The notes under the pieces: generated by a model
Seen by the model: only the letters and a program-made list of their open reading frames with translations
Database searches by the model: none
What the model was told of the DNA's origin: nothing
Assembly: GCA_964626065.1 (NCBI GenBank)
Contig: CAZVDE010000005.1
Location: forward strand, 1 to 61,951
DNA length: 61,951 nucleotides
Reading direction: 5' to 3'
From: an uncultured Clostridiaceae bacterium
GTDB lineage: Bacteria > Bacillota > Limnochordia > Darwinibacteriales > Darwinibacteriaceae
Shown here: in pieces, positions 1 through 8,729 of the stretch
Layout of the letters: every line of letters starts with the position of its first letter
Numbering within the stretch: position 1 is the stretch's first letter
Program-made: the position numbers and the translations under genes

Positions 1-62
1 TCCGCGCTAACAAAATTATACTACAGTCCAAACTTGTTGTAAAGTCCAATTTTATTGCATTC

Positions 63-91
63 TTGCTTTTCCAAGCGGCAGCTGTTATAAT
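63..91 (+). promoter_or_regulatory. sigma-70-type promoter for tRNA-Arg
   Basis: TTGCTT (63-68), 17-nt spacer, TATAAT (86-91); ends 17 nt upstream of the tRNA 5' end. Confidence 0.55.
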
Positions 92-108
92 TACTGTGAT
101 CACTGCAA

Positions 109-183
109 GCGCCTATAGCTCAGGGGATAGAGCACCGGCCTCCGGAGCCGGGAGCGCAGGTTCGATTCCTGCTAGGCGCGCCA
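109..183 (+). tRNA. tRNA-Arg (anticodon CCG), CCA encoded
   Basis: Hand-folded cloverleaf: acceptor GCGCCTA/TAGGCGC, D arm GCTC-AGGGGATA-GAGC, anticodon arm CCGGC-CTCCGGA-GCCGG (anticodon CCG), T arm GCAGG-TTCGATT-CCTGC, discriminator G, then CCA at 181-183. Confidence 0.93.
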
Positions 184-194
184 TTTGTTTTTTA

Positions 195-230
195 ACCGGA
201 CGTTTCCCGCAGGGGGCGTTCGGTTTTTTG
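195..230 (+). terminator. intrinsic terminator after tRNA-Arg
   Basis: ACCGGACG (195-202) pairs with CGTTCGGT (217-224) including one G-T wobble, inner CCC/GGG pairs, followed by a T-run at 224-229. Confidence 0.7.
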
Positions 231-326
231 TTTGCACTCTCATCTTCACTTTAGCAGGGATCGGCAGCCCGCCTGTTTAATAAGCAAAGGCATACTATAA
301 GGACGGAGAACATAAGGAGGGCTAAA

Positions 327-1178
327 ATGAGCGCACGTATTATCGATGGTAAGGGCATCGCCCGGGAGATTCGGGCCGGCCTGGCGGAGCAGGTGGCAAT
401 CATGGCCAAGCGGGGTGAACGCCCGGGTTTGGCTGTCATTCTCGTGGGGGATGATCCCGCCTCGGCCGTTTATGTCCGTCAAAAAAGGCGGGCTTGTGAG
501 GAGATTGGCATCACTTCGGTGATCCACCGCTTGCCCGAAACAACTTCGCAGGGTGATCTTTTGGATTTAATAGCGCAGTGTAATCGGGATTCTAAAATAC
601 ACGGGATTTTGGTGCAGCTTCCTTTACCGGAAGGGCTTGATGAGGAAGAAGTGATTGAAGCTATCTCGCCTGCTAAGGACGTTGATGGATTTCATCCAAT
701 TAATATAGGTAGGTTGCAGACGGGAACGGAGGGGTTTGTCCCCTGCACCCCGGCCGGTGTGGTAGAGTTGGTCCGCCGCACAGGTGCCTCCATCTCGGGT
801 AAGCAGGTGGTGGTGGTCGGGCGCAGCAATATCGTGGGCAAACCGGCTGCCAGCCTATTTTTGCGGGAAAATGCCACTGTGACAATCTGTCATTCACGCA
901 CAAAAGACGTGGCAGCCGAATGCAGGCGGGCCGATATTCTTATCGCTGCCGTGGGACAGCCGCGGTTGATTAAGCGTGATTGGATTAAGCCCGGGGCAAT
1001 TGTGATTGATGTGGGCATTAACCGGGTCGATGGGAAACTTGTGGGTGATGTGGACTTCGATGCGGTGCAGGAAGTTGCGGGAGCCATAACGCCTGTTCCG
1101 GGCGGGGTGGGCCCCATGACCATCGCCATGCTCATGAGAGCAACCGTTTTGGCGGCGGCTAAGGCTCAAAAGGGGTAA
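327..1178 (+). CDS. folD: bifunctional methylenetetrahydrofolate dehydrogenase / methenyltetrahydrofolate cyclohydrolase
   Basis: 283 aa; N-terminus IIDGKGIA...[31 protein letters not shown] and C-terminal [12 protein letters not shown] are classic FolD; AAGGAGGG SD precedes the ATG. Confidence 0.95.
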   Translation: MSARIIDGKGIAREIRAGLAEQVAIMAKRGERPGLAVILVGDDPASAVYVRQKRRACEEIGITSVIHRLPETTSQGDLLDLIAQCNRDSKIHGILVQLPLPEGLDEEEVIEAISPAKDVDGFHPINIGRLQTGTEGFVPCTPAGVVELVRRTGASISGKQVVVVGRSNIVGKPAASLFLRENATVTICHSRTKDVAAECRRADILIAAVGQPRLIKRDWIKPGAIVIDVGINRVDGKLVGDVDFDAVQEVAGAITPVPGGVGPMTIAMLMRATVLAAAKAQKG

Positions 1179-1776
1179 TAAACTGTTTGATGATGATGCA
1201 TAAATGGCGGGCCTGTTCCACATTACCGCGGCCCGCCGCGGCCAACCCCATGCTTTTCTGAAAAGGTCGGGGCGTCCAAAGCGGATAAAAGCAGTCCCGG
1301 AAACGAACATACTGTGTTGTTTCTCGGAGTGGTGCCAGAACGTGGTTGCGGAAGTATTCTTGGGCCAGCCCTTCTTCTATAACCAAAAGATCGGGTATCG
1401 GTCCGTTGGCCAGGTGGTCTTCTAGGCTTTGGCGCGTGTAATGGTGTTCAATTTTCCAGGTTAAACCGTGGGCTAGAATTTCCGGTTCCAGCCAATTTTT
1501 GATGTTATTAAATTCCGCTTCCGTGCTGACAACGGCCAGGGTAAGGGTATCACTCTCTGCCCGGGCGGGGATCCCTGCGCTAAAATAAAACAAAACAAGC
1601 GGCAGTAGGATAATAAGGGTCGCCGGGGCAATCGCCCACCAACACCACTGCGGATTCGCGGGGGGAGGGTCGCCATATGGGCGCCGGGGCGGTCTTCGGC
1701 CATCTTTACCCAGGAGTGCCTGCTTTTTTGTCTCTATGTATTTCTTTTGGGCTTCGATATGGTCGCGGTAGCTCAA
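1159..1776 (-). CDS. hypothetical membrane-anchored protein (Pro-rich cytoplasmic N-terminus, one TM helix, extracytoplasmic domain)
   Basis: 205-aa ORF with one hydrophobic helix ([20 protein letters not shown]); no motif recognised; 3' end overlaps folD by 20 nt. Confidence 0.5.
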   Translation of the reverse strand: MSYRDHIEAQKKYIETKKQALLGKDGRRPPRRPYGDPPPANPQWCWWAIAPATLIILLPLVLFYFSAGIPARAESDTLTLAVVSTEAEFNNIKNWLEPEILAHGLTWKIEHHYTRQSLEDHLANGPIPDLLVIEEGLAQEYFRNHVLAPLRETTQYVRFRDCFYPLWTPRPFQKSMGLAAAGRGNVEQARHLCIIIKQFITPFEP

Positions 1777-1871
1777 TTGGATTCCTCCGTTTCGGTTTCT
1801 CTAGTATTTCCAAAGATAGGGCAGGATATTGGGCAGAGTAGTAGTATAAGGTAAAGGACAACTGTATAGCC

Positions 1872-2045
1872 GGTGTGGTGGCAGCTGAACGATCTATGCT
1901 GCAGAATAGGGAAGTTGGGCTCGGGAAACTGAGAAGCCACGCGGTCCCGCCACTGTATCCAAGGAGTAACCCATATAATCCACTCGCATAGCGGGGAAGG
2001 AATGGGCGGCGATGATTTGGGAGCCAGGAGACCTGCCAGACCGGG
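1872..2045 (+). promoter_or_regulatory. cobalamin (B12) riboswitch aptamer
   Basis: Conserved blocks AATAGGGAAGTTGGG, GCGGTCCCGCCACTGTA and the B12 box GAGCCAGGAGACCTGCC; P1-like pairing TGGCAG (1879-1884) with CTGCCA (2033-2038); directly upstream of a BtuFCD-type transporter. Confidence 0.88.
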
Positions 2046-2096
2046 TTTTGTAGGACCATCTTGCGCGGAAGGGAGTGGTTTTGTTTACTGTCTTTC

Positions 2097-2132
2097 CCCC
2101 GGTGATCTTTGGTCCCGGGGAATTATTATTTT
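2097..2132 (+). terminator. candidate riboswitch expression-platform terminator
   Basis: CCCCGG (2097-2102) pairs with CCGGGG (2115-2120), followed by the T-rich tract AATTATTATTTT. Confidence 0.5.
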
Positions 2133-2144
2133 AGGAGTGAAAAT

Positions 2145-2975
2145 GTGAAAAAAAATTACGTTAAGATAGCCATTTTATCCGCTCTGCTCGTGCTGTTTGT
2201 GGCCATGGGGAGTGTGGGGGCCGCGCCGCGGCGCATTGTGTCATTGGTGCCGAGCGTTACTGAAAATCTTTTCGCCCTTGGCGTAGGTGAGCGGGTGGTA
2301 GGAGTGACTGCCTGGTGCGATTACCCGGCGCAGGCCGCGGAGAAAACGGTGATTGGCGATGCGTTTAATCTTAACCTGGAACTACTGCTAAGCCTAGAAC
2401 CGGATCTAATCGTGGGTGATGCGAATTTGGTTGCGGGCACAATAGAGACATTAGAAGGGTTTGGGCTTAGCGTTTTGGTTGTCGAGCCTACGAACCTAGC
2501 CGAGGTGCGGGAATCCCTTATTCAGTTGGGTGATGCGGTAGGGGCCCCCGAGAAGGGCCGTGAACTGGCGGCCGCCATGGAAAAGCGGCAAAAGGAACTT
2601 GTGGCGGGCGTTGATGTGGCGGAAAGACTAAGGGTTTTTGTGGAAGTCTGGAATGAACCGCTCATGACCGCGGGGCCGGGAAGTTTTATGGACGAACTGA
2701 TTGTTCTGGCGGGTGGGGAGAACATCGCGCAAGATGCGGATAATCCCTGGCCAACATTTAGCGAGGAATTGGTGATTGATCGGGATCCGCAAGTTGTGAT
2801 CTTAACCGGCTTCAATCTCGATGAGGTACTGCGGCGCAGTGCCTGGCAGGATATTACCGCCTTGCAGACAAAAGCGGTGTTCGAGGTTGACCCCGATCTC
2901 TACGCGCGCACGACACCTCGCCTCTTGGACGCTTTAGAAGAAATGATCTCCATTTTGGCTGATGTAGGGCAATGA
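2145..2975 (+). CDS. ABC transporter periplasmic substrate-binding protein, cobalamin/Fe-siderophore (BtuF-like) family
   Basis: Signal peptide, then RRIVSLVPSVTENLFALG and WCDYP motifs typical of class III SBPs; GTG 2145 preferred over TTG 2109 (AGGAGTG SD at 2134-2140; 2109 lies inside the terminator hairpin). Confidence 0.85.
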   Translation: MKKNYVKIAILSALLVLFVAMGSVGAAPRRIVSLVPSVTENLFALGVGERVVGVTAWCDYPAQAAEKTVIGDAFNLNLELLLSLEPDLIVGDANLVAGTIETLEGFGLSVLVVEPTNLAEVRESLIQLGDAVGAPEKGRELAAAMEKRQKELVAGVDVAERLRVFVEVWNEPLMTAGPGSFMDELIVLAGGENIAQDADNPWPTFSEELVIDRDPQVVILTGFNLDEVLRRSAWQDITALQTKAVFEVDPDLYARTTPRLLDALEEMISILADVGQ

Positions 2976-4003
2976 AAGTCAAATTAGGGCGTTTCGCCGC
3001 CATAATTCTAATTTTAGGGGTGGTAGTGATCTTCGCTACCGCCCTGGGGGCGGTTCGCATTCCATTTGGCAATGTGCTTTTGATGATCGGTTCTGCCCTA
3101 CCCGGCCTAAAGAACCTAATTGTGCCCGATTGGCCCGCGGCGCAGAGGGTGATAGTCTTGCAGATAAGGCTGCCCCGTGTGCTTTTGGCCTTGCTGATCG
3201 GCGGTGGGCTGAGCGTTTCGGGCGTTCTTTTCCAGGGCACGTTAAGAAATCCGCTGGCCGATCCGTACATCATCGGTGTTTCGGCGGGAGCGTCTTTAGG
3301 CGCAACATTGGGGCTTTTGTATTTCATTCCCCGCGGTCTTGCGGGATTTGGCGCTCTGCCCGTATTTGCCTTCCTGGGCGCCTTGGCGGCGACTGCCGCG
3401 GTGGCCCGTTTGGGCAGCAGGCGGGGCCGCCTGGAACCTACCGGCCTCATATTGGCCGGGGTGGCGATCGGGGCTTTTTTGACCGCAATTGTCTCCTTGC
3501 TGATGGTTTTGCGGATTCAAAATTTGCAAGACGTCTATCTATGGCTGATGGGCAGCCTTTCGGGGCGGGGCTGGAGGCACTTTTTTGTGGCGCTGCCCTA
3601 TGTTGTTTTCGGCACGGCGGCCGCAGTCTGGCTGGCCCGAGATTTAAACGTCTATCTCTTGGGCGAAGAGGTGGCGCACAGCTTGGGCCTTGATGTCCAG
3701 AGACTGCAGCGCAGAGTGCTCATTACAGGCGCTTTGGTTGCCGCGGCCTGTGTCGCGGTTTCGGGGGTCATCGGTTTTGTGGGCCTTATGGTGCCTCATG
3801 CCCTGCGCCTTGTGATAGGCGGAGAACACAAGCGCTTGATTGGCCATTCCTTTTGGGTAGGCGCCCTTTTTCTTTTGCTCGCGGATACTCTGGCCCGCAC
3901 TGCATTCGCCCCGCTGGAACTACCGGTAGGGATTATAACGGCATTCGTAGGCGGCCCCTTCTTTATCTATCTGATGAAAAGAGGCGGTGGATCACATGGC
4001 TAA
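2972..4003 (+). CDS. FecCD/BtuC-family ABC transporter permease
   Basis: 343-aa polytopic protein; RLPRVLLALLIGGGLSVSGVLFQG..RNPLADPYIIGVSAGASLG is the FecCD signature; ATGA overlap with the upstream gene. Confidence 0.92.
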   Translation: MKVKLGRFAAIILILGVVVIFATALGAVRIPFGNVLLMIGSALPGLKNLIVPDWPAAQRVIVLQIRLPRVLLALLIGGGLSVSGVLFQGTLRNPLADPYIIGVSAGASLGATLGLLYFIPRGLAGFGALPVFAFLGALAATAAVARLGSRRGRLEPTGLILAGVAIGAFLTAIVSLLMVLRIQNLQDVYLWLMGSLSGRGWRHFFVALPYVVFGTAAAVWLARDLNVYLLGEEVAHSLGLDVQRLQRRVLITGALVAAACVAVSGVIGFVGLMVPHALRLVIGGEHKRLIGHSFWVGALFLLLADTLARTAFAPLELPVGIITAFVGGPFFIYLMKRGGGSHG

Positions 4004-4760
4004 AATGCGTTTAGAAGATGTTACCTTTGCCTATGGAGCATTACCCGTTGTGCGCCAAATCAGCCTTGCTTTAAATTCCGGCGTCTTTTACGGGATCGTG
4101 GGGCCCAACGGGGCGGGTAAATCCACCATCCTCAAATTACTTGACCGTTTTGTAATACCCCAACAGGGCACCATTTTCTTGGATGAACGGGATTTAAACA
4201 GCTACAGTCTGCAGGAACTGGCTAGGCGTATTGCCTTGATACCCCAAAATTCGCCGGATTTTTCCTTCACAGTCGAAGAAGTGGTGCTTTTGGCCAGAAC
4301 ACCCCACAGCTTCCGCTGGCAGCCCCCTAGTGCTGAGGATCGGGAGATTGCAGCGGCCAGTATGGCCCTCACGGAAGTGCAGCATCTCGCGGGTCGGCAT
4401 GTTGGAGAGTTGAGTGGGGGTGAACGCCAACGGGTGAATTTAGCCCGCGTTTTTGCCCAGGGCACCGATATTTTGCTTTTGGATGAACCAACCACCTTTC
4501 TCGATTTAGAACATCAAATCCGCATTTCGAAGCTGCTTTGGGCCAAAGCGCGGGAAGGAAAGACCTGTGTGGGCGTTTTTCACGATCTTAATCTGGTCTC
4601 AAATTACTGCGATTATGTCTTCGTCTTGGCCGCCGGAGAGTTGATGGCCGAAGGGGAACCGGAAAAGGTTTTTACGCCCCAACTGATTAAGGAAATATAT
4701 AATGTGGGTGTGGTGGCCGTTAAACATCCCCACACGGGGCGGCCGATCATCGTTCCTTGA
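3996..4760 (+). CDS. ABC transporter ATP-binding protein (BtuD/FepC-like)
   Basis: Walker A GPNGAGKST, signature LSGGERQRV, Walker B ILLLDEP; overlaps the permease stop. Confidence 0.92.
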   Translation: MAKMRLEDVTFAYGALPVVRQISLALNSGVFYGIVGPNGAGKSTILKLLDRFVIPQQGTIFLDERDLNSYSLQELARRIALIPQNSPDFSFTVEEVVLLARTPHSFRWQPPSAEDREIAAASMALTEVQHLAGRHVGELSGGERQRVNLARVFAQGTDILLLDEPTTFLDLEHQIRISKLLWAKAREGKTCVGVFHDLNLVSNYCDYVFVLAAGELMAEGEPEKVFTPQLIKEIYNVGVVAVKHPHTGRPIIVP

Positions 4761-4823
4761 ATAAGCGTTGAAACCCAATCCCCCGGTTATACTATCGGTA
4801 CAGTGTCTATGAGGGGGATGCAG

Positions 4824-5888
4824 ATGAAGTGGCGGATAGTGTTGGGGGTTACAATTCTGATGCTGGCCGTATTTATGGCCTGGAGTATACTCAGTCCGGG
4901 CGAAGCCCCGTTGGTAGAAGATTCTGTTGAGTCTCAGGAACCGGCGGGCAATTGGGAAGAACCGGTGGTACGGGCGGTAGATAAGGCGGGGCCGGCCACA
5001 GTGAAAATTGAAACAACCCGCGAGATTGTGGTGGACCAGTTTTTCTTTCAGCAGCTCGAACGGGAGCAAGGCATCGGTTCGGGAGTAATTTATCGTACGG
5101 ACGGGCACATTCTGACCAACGATCATGTGGTGGCGGGCGCGGAGGAGATCATTGTCCAGCTGGCGGACGGGCGCAGCTTTATGGGGCATGTGATCGGCCG
5201 GGATCCCTTGACCGATTTGGCGGTTGTCAAGGTTGATGCCCAAGATCTGCCTATAGCTGAATTTGCCGACTCTAATGAGCTGCGGGTGGGGCAGATGGTG
5301 GTCGCTATCGGAAACCCCCTAGGCCAGGACCATACTGTGACAACAGGCGTGGTTAGCGCATTGAATCGAGATCTACTGGTGGATCCCAGACAGAACCGCT
5401 TTTTGGAGGGGATGATTCAGACCGATGCGGCTATCAACCCCGGTAACTCGGGCGGGCCTCTGCTAAACCGCGGTGGCCAGGTCATCGGTGTGACAACCGC
5501 CATTATCGAGCGCGCGCAGGGTATAGGTTTCGCTATTCCCTCAACTGTGGCCCGGGCGATAGGCGATCAGATTATTTCCCACGGCAGGCCGCTGCGTTTA
5601 GGCGTGCTGGGTGGTTCATTAACGCCTGCGCTGGCCAGAAGTATTCAAACCCAGACTAATTTAAAACTGGCGGTGGAACGGGGAGCCTTTATTACCAGGG
5701 TGCTTGCTGACACACCCGCCGCTAGGGCGGGTCTCAATCAGGGGGATATTGTGACTGCGATTGGGGGCGAACAAATAGCCGGCATCAGAGAATTGCGAGA
5801 TGCGGTGCAGCGGGAGGGTTTTGGCGGCAAACTCACTTTAGAAGTCTACCGGGGCCCGGACAAAAACGAAATTGAGGTACAGCTATAA
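4824..5888 (+). CDS. htrA: HtrA/DegP-family serine protease with one PDZ domain
   Basis: N-terminal TM helix; catalytic motifs TNDHVV, DLAVVKV and GNSGGPL; C-terminal PDZ (GDIVTAIGGEQI); the ORF opens at 4803, and ATG 4824 is preferred after the GAGGGGG SD. Confidence 0.9.
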   Translation: MKWRIVLGVTILMLAVFMAWSILSPGEAPLVEDSVESQEPAGNWEEPVVRAVDKAGPATVKIETTREIVVDQFFFQQLEREQGIGSGVIYRTDGHILTNDHVVAGAEEIIVQLADGRSFMGHVIGRDPLTDLAVVKVDAQDLPIAEFADSNELRVGQMVVAIGNPLGQDHTVTTGVVSALNRDLLVDPRQNRFLEGMIQTDAAINPGNSGGPLLNRGGQVIGVTTAIIERAQGIGFAIPSTVARAIGDQIISHGRPLRLGVLGGSLTPALARSIQTQTNLKLAVERGAFITRVLADTPAARAGLNQGDIVTAIGGEQIAGIRELRDAVQREGFGGKLTLEVYRGPDKNEIEVQL

Positions 5889-5908
5889 AGCCATCTTTAT
5901 TAGGGGGG

Positions 5909-5949
5909 GAAGAAGCAGACAGCATGGATGAGCTCTGCTTCTTTTTTTT
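5909..5949 (+). terminator. intrinsic terminator after htrA
   Basis: GAAGAAGCAGA (5909-5919) pairs with TCTGCTTCTT(T) (5934-5944), followed by a T-run. Confidence 0.8.
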
Positions 5950-6010
5950 GGTAATTGAATGTGTTATGATATAATTACGTTTGTATATTTTCTAATAAGG
6001 GAGCAAGGCG

Positions 6011-6178
6011 ATGTATGCAGTCTGCGCGGACCATGTGGCAATGGCAATCGATGAATTCATAGAAAAATACGCGACCGCCCCCGATTTATATGAACTCGAG
6101 CAGATCTCCTTATCTGATTGGGAGGCCCCCGCTCACTGTGCGTATTGTGAGCGGAAACCCAAATACTTAGTTGTTTAG
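6011..6178 (+). CDS. small CxxH/CxxC protein (55 aa), absent from the ORF track
   Basis: MYAVCADHVAMAIDEFIEKY...HCAYCERKPKYLVV has an N-terminal C-x-x-H and a C-terminal C-x-x-C; it resembles my recollection of the Firmicute BA_5709-type CxxH/CxxC family; 19 nt upstream of rlmH. Confidence 0.6.
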   Translation: MYAVCADHVAMAIDEFIEKYATAPDLYELEQISLSDWEAPAHCAYCERKPKYLVV

Positions 6179-6197
6179 CACCAAAGGCGGGGTTGTT

Positions 6198-6677
6198 TTG
6201 AGGATCAGGATTTTGGCTGTGGGCAAGATCAAAGAACGGTACATAGCTGAAGGAATCGCGGAATACAGTAAAAGGCTGCAGAGATACGGGCGTTTCGAAA
6301 TTGCGGAGATCAAGGAGCAGCCTTACCGAGAACCGTTGGGGGAAAAAGAGAAAGAACAGGTGTTGGCGGGCGAGGGAAAGCGTATTTTGGCAAGGCTGAA
6401 CCCCCGGGCCCACATTATTGTTTTAGATCGGCACGGCATCCAATGGGATTCAGAGGAATTGGCGGCTCGGCTGCGGGCTTTAGCGGTCAGTGGTATACAC
6501 CTGGTCGATTTTGTCATTGGCGGCTCCCATGGCTTATCGCCTCAGGTTATTTCACGGGCTGATTTTGTGTGGTCCTTTTCTGAATTGACCTTCCCCCACC
6601 AATTGATGCGCTTAATCTTGACGGAGCAAATTTATCGCGCCCAGACTATCTTGGGCGGAGAAGGCTATCATAAATAG
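6198..6677 (+). CDS. rlmH: 23S rRNA (pseudouridine1915-N3)-methyltransferase
   Basis: SPOUT RlmH hallmarks: (M)RIRILAVGKIKERYIAEGIAEYSKRL, IGGSHGLS, LTFPHQLMRLILTEQIYRA, C-terminal YHK; TTG 6198 preferred over the ORF-track start at 6171. Confidence 0.9.
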   Translation: MRIRILAVGKIKERYIAEGIAEYSKRLQRYGRFEIAEIKEQPYREPLGEKEKEQVLAGEGKRILARLNPRAHIIVLDRHGIQWDSEELAARLRALAVSGIHLVDFVIGGSHGLSPQVISRADFVWSFSELTFPHQLMRLILTEQIYRAQTILGGEGYHK

Positions 6678-6694
6678 AAAGGTAGGGTGGTGAA

Positions 6695-7333
6695 ATGCGT
6701 TGGAATAAAATTTCAACAGCCGTTATTAGGCGCTTGCCCCTTTATTTGCGGATCTTGGATGAATTGGCGGAGGATACGGAGCTGATTTCATCTCAAGAGC
6801 TGGCGGACCGGGCGGGGGTGGGCTCGGCCCTGGTTAGAAAGGATTTGGCTTGGTTTGGCGAATTTGGCAAGCAGGGTGTGGGCTATGAGGTTGGTCTGCT
6901 CCGCCATGAACTGCGAAAAATTCTCAACTTAGATCAGGAAATACCCATCGCTCTGATCGGTGTGGGCAGCCTGGGCAAGGCCCTAACCCGTTATAACCGG
7001 CGTAGGCTGGCAGAAGACGTCGATTTTGGCTTGAAATTGGTTGCCCTGTTTGATAATGATCCGGCGAAAATCGGTACCAATATTGAAGGTATCCCCGTTT
7101 ACGCGTCGGAAGAGCTGGGCGAACAGGCCGAAAGGCTCCAATTTAAACTGGCTATGCTGGCCGTTCCCGCGGAAAGCGCTCAGCAAGTTGCCAATCAGAT
7201 TATAAAAGCCGGGATAAAAGGCATCCTAAATTTTGCCCCGGTCAAACTTCAAGTGCCGGAAGAGGTGCAGGTGGCTAATGCAGATGTTTCGCTGGAACTG
7301 CAATTTTTAGCCTATTACCTTACACAAAAATAG
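6695..7333 (+). CDS. rex: redox-sensing transcriptional repressor Rex
   Basis: IRRLPLYLRIL..ISSQELA wHTH, DLAWFGEFGKQGVGYEV, and a Rossmann segment IALIGVGSLG. Confidence 0.93.
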   Translation: MRWNKISTAVIRRLPLYLRILDELAEDTELISSQELADRAGVGSALVRKDLAWFGEFGKQGVGYEVGLLRHELRKILNLDQEIPIALIGVGSLGKALTRYNRRRLAEDVDFGLKLVALFDNDPAKIGTNIEGIPVYASEELGEQAERLQFKLAMLAVPAESAQQVANQIIKAGIKGILNFAPVKLQVPEEVQVANADVSLELQFLAYYLTQK

Positions 7334-7346
7334 GGGGACAAACATC

Positions 7347-8708
7347 ATGCAGCAACCAGACTTACTTGTTCTTGGGGGCGGGCCGGCGGGCTATTCGGCC
7401 GCCATCCGGGCCAGCCAATTAGGGAAAAAGGTTATTGTGGCCGAAAGATGCGGCGTGGGCGGGGCCTGCCTTAATCGCGGCTGTATTCCGACCAAATCTC
7501 TCTTGGAAAGTGCTCGCTTTTACCGAGAACTGGATTTTGCCGCCAAACACGGAGTTTCTTTACAGATAGGCGAGCTTGATTATGGTGCGGTCCTCGCCCA
7601 AAAAAATGCCACGGTAACCCGCCTGGTGGAGGGACTCGAATTTTTGCTTAAACGCAGGGAAATTGAGATTGTCCGAGGCGAGGCGCGGTTTTTATCTTCC
7701 ACCGAAATTAGAGTGGGGGACCGGACTTTTCAACCGGATAAAGTGATTATAGCTACCGGCACAGTACCCATGCAGCTGCCCGGGTTGGAAACGGACGGTG
7801 AATTCGTTCTAAACAGCGATCAGCTGCTAGACTTAGCGGCGCTGCCCGAATCACTGTTGATTGTGGGCGGTGGCGTGATCGGCTGCGAGTTCGCCACAAT
7901 TTTCGCGTCCTTCGGTGTAGAAGTGACGATCGTGGAAATGCAGGAACAAATTTTGCCCCCGGAGGATCAGGAAATCAGCCGCACTTTAGCCCGGGAATTT
8001 AAGAAGCGCAAGATTAAGATTCTAACAGGTGCAGCGGTGCAAAAGGTGAATCGTCTGGGGCGGGGGCTGGCAGTGGAAGTGAGCCAAAAAGGGCGCACAC
8101 GCGCGATTGAGGCTGAGCGGGTGCTGGTATCAATCGGTAGGCGGCCCGTCGTACCCGAGGGTTTCAAGGGCGAACTTGATCGGCGCGGCTGCATCAAGGT
8201 TAATCCTTCCTTTCAGACATCCCTTCCCCACATTTATGCCGCGGGCGATATCATTGGCGGGATGCAGCTTGCCCATCTAGCCTTTGAGGAGGGGTGGGCC
8301 GCGGCCAATAATGCCTGGAGTGAGCCGGCCCGCAGCGAATGGTTTGTGCCCAGCTGTGTGTATACCCAACCTGAGATAGGCTCGGTCGGTTTAACGGAAG
8401 CAGAGGCCAGGAAAAAGTACGGCGATGTGGTGGTGGCCAAATATTCTCTTAAAGGCAACGGCAAAGCGGTTATTCTTGGAGATGACGGGGGATTTTGCAA
8501 GGTCATCGCTTCGCCCGACGGTGTAGTCCGGGGTGTGCATCTGATCGGGCCCCAGGCTACAGAATTGATTTCCAATGCTGTTTTGGCCCTGGAAAACGGG
8601 CTGACCTTAGCCCAATGGGCCGAAATCATCTACCCCCACCCAACCGTATCGGAGGCGATTAAAGAAACGGTATTAAGCGGATTAGGTACCGGATTACATT
8701 CAATATAG
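7347..8708 (+). CDS. lpdA: dihydrolipoyl dehydrogenase-family flavoprotein disulfide reductase
   Basis: GGGPAGYSAA FAD motif, redox-active CLNRGCIPTK, second dinucleotide fold VGGGVIGCEFA, C-terminal HPTVSEA interface motif. Confidence 0.88.
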   Translation: MQQPDLLVLGGGPAGYSAAIRASQLGKKVIVAERCGVGGACLNRGCIPTKSLLESARFYRELDFAAKHGVSLQIGELDYGAVLAQKNATVTRLVEGLEFLLKRREIEIVRGEARFLSSTEIRVGDRTFQPDKVIIATGTVPMQLPGLETDGEFVLNSDQLLDLAALPESLLIVGGGVIGCEFATIFASFGVEVTIVEMQEQILPPEDQEISRTLAREFKKRKIKILTGAAVQKVNRLGRGLAVEVSQKGRTRAIEAERVLVSIGRRPVVPEGFKGELDRRGCIKVNPSFQTSLPHIYAAGDIIGGMQLAHLAFEEGWAAANNAWSEPARSEWFVPSCVYTQPEIGSVGLTEAEARKKYGDVVVAKYSLKGNGKAVILGDDGGFCKVIASPDGVVRGVHLIGPQATELISNAVLALENGLTLAQWAEIIYPHPTVSEAIKETVLSGLGTGLHSI

Positions 8709-8729
8709 ATATTTAAGGAGGAACGTGGA

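Noticed and set aside
1706-2059. 117-aa minus-strand ORF in the folD/btuF intergenic region
   Set aside because: It lies antisense to the cobalamin riboswitch aptamer, has no SD, and its composition looks like a random open frame. The riboswitch explains the conservation-type signal here.
2109-2144. TTG 2109 as the start of the BtuF-like gene (ORF-track start)
   Set aside because: It lies inside the putative riboswitch terminator hairpin and T-tract and has no SD. GTG 2145 has AGGAGTG upstream and gives a normal signal peptide.
2854-3693. Long overlapping ORFs (2854-3450 minus, 3130-3693 plus) inside the permease gene
   Set aside because: These are shadow frames of a GC-rich membrane-protein gene. 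Their translations are Arg/Ala/Pro/Gly-rich, low-complexity and without motifs, while the FecCD frame has clear family signatures.
4599-5243. 214-aa minus-strand ORF spanning the ATPase/htrA junction
   Set aside because: It is antisense to two well-supported genes and crosses their intergenic spacer. It has no SD or motifs and an Arg/His/Pro-rich composition.
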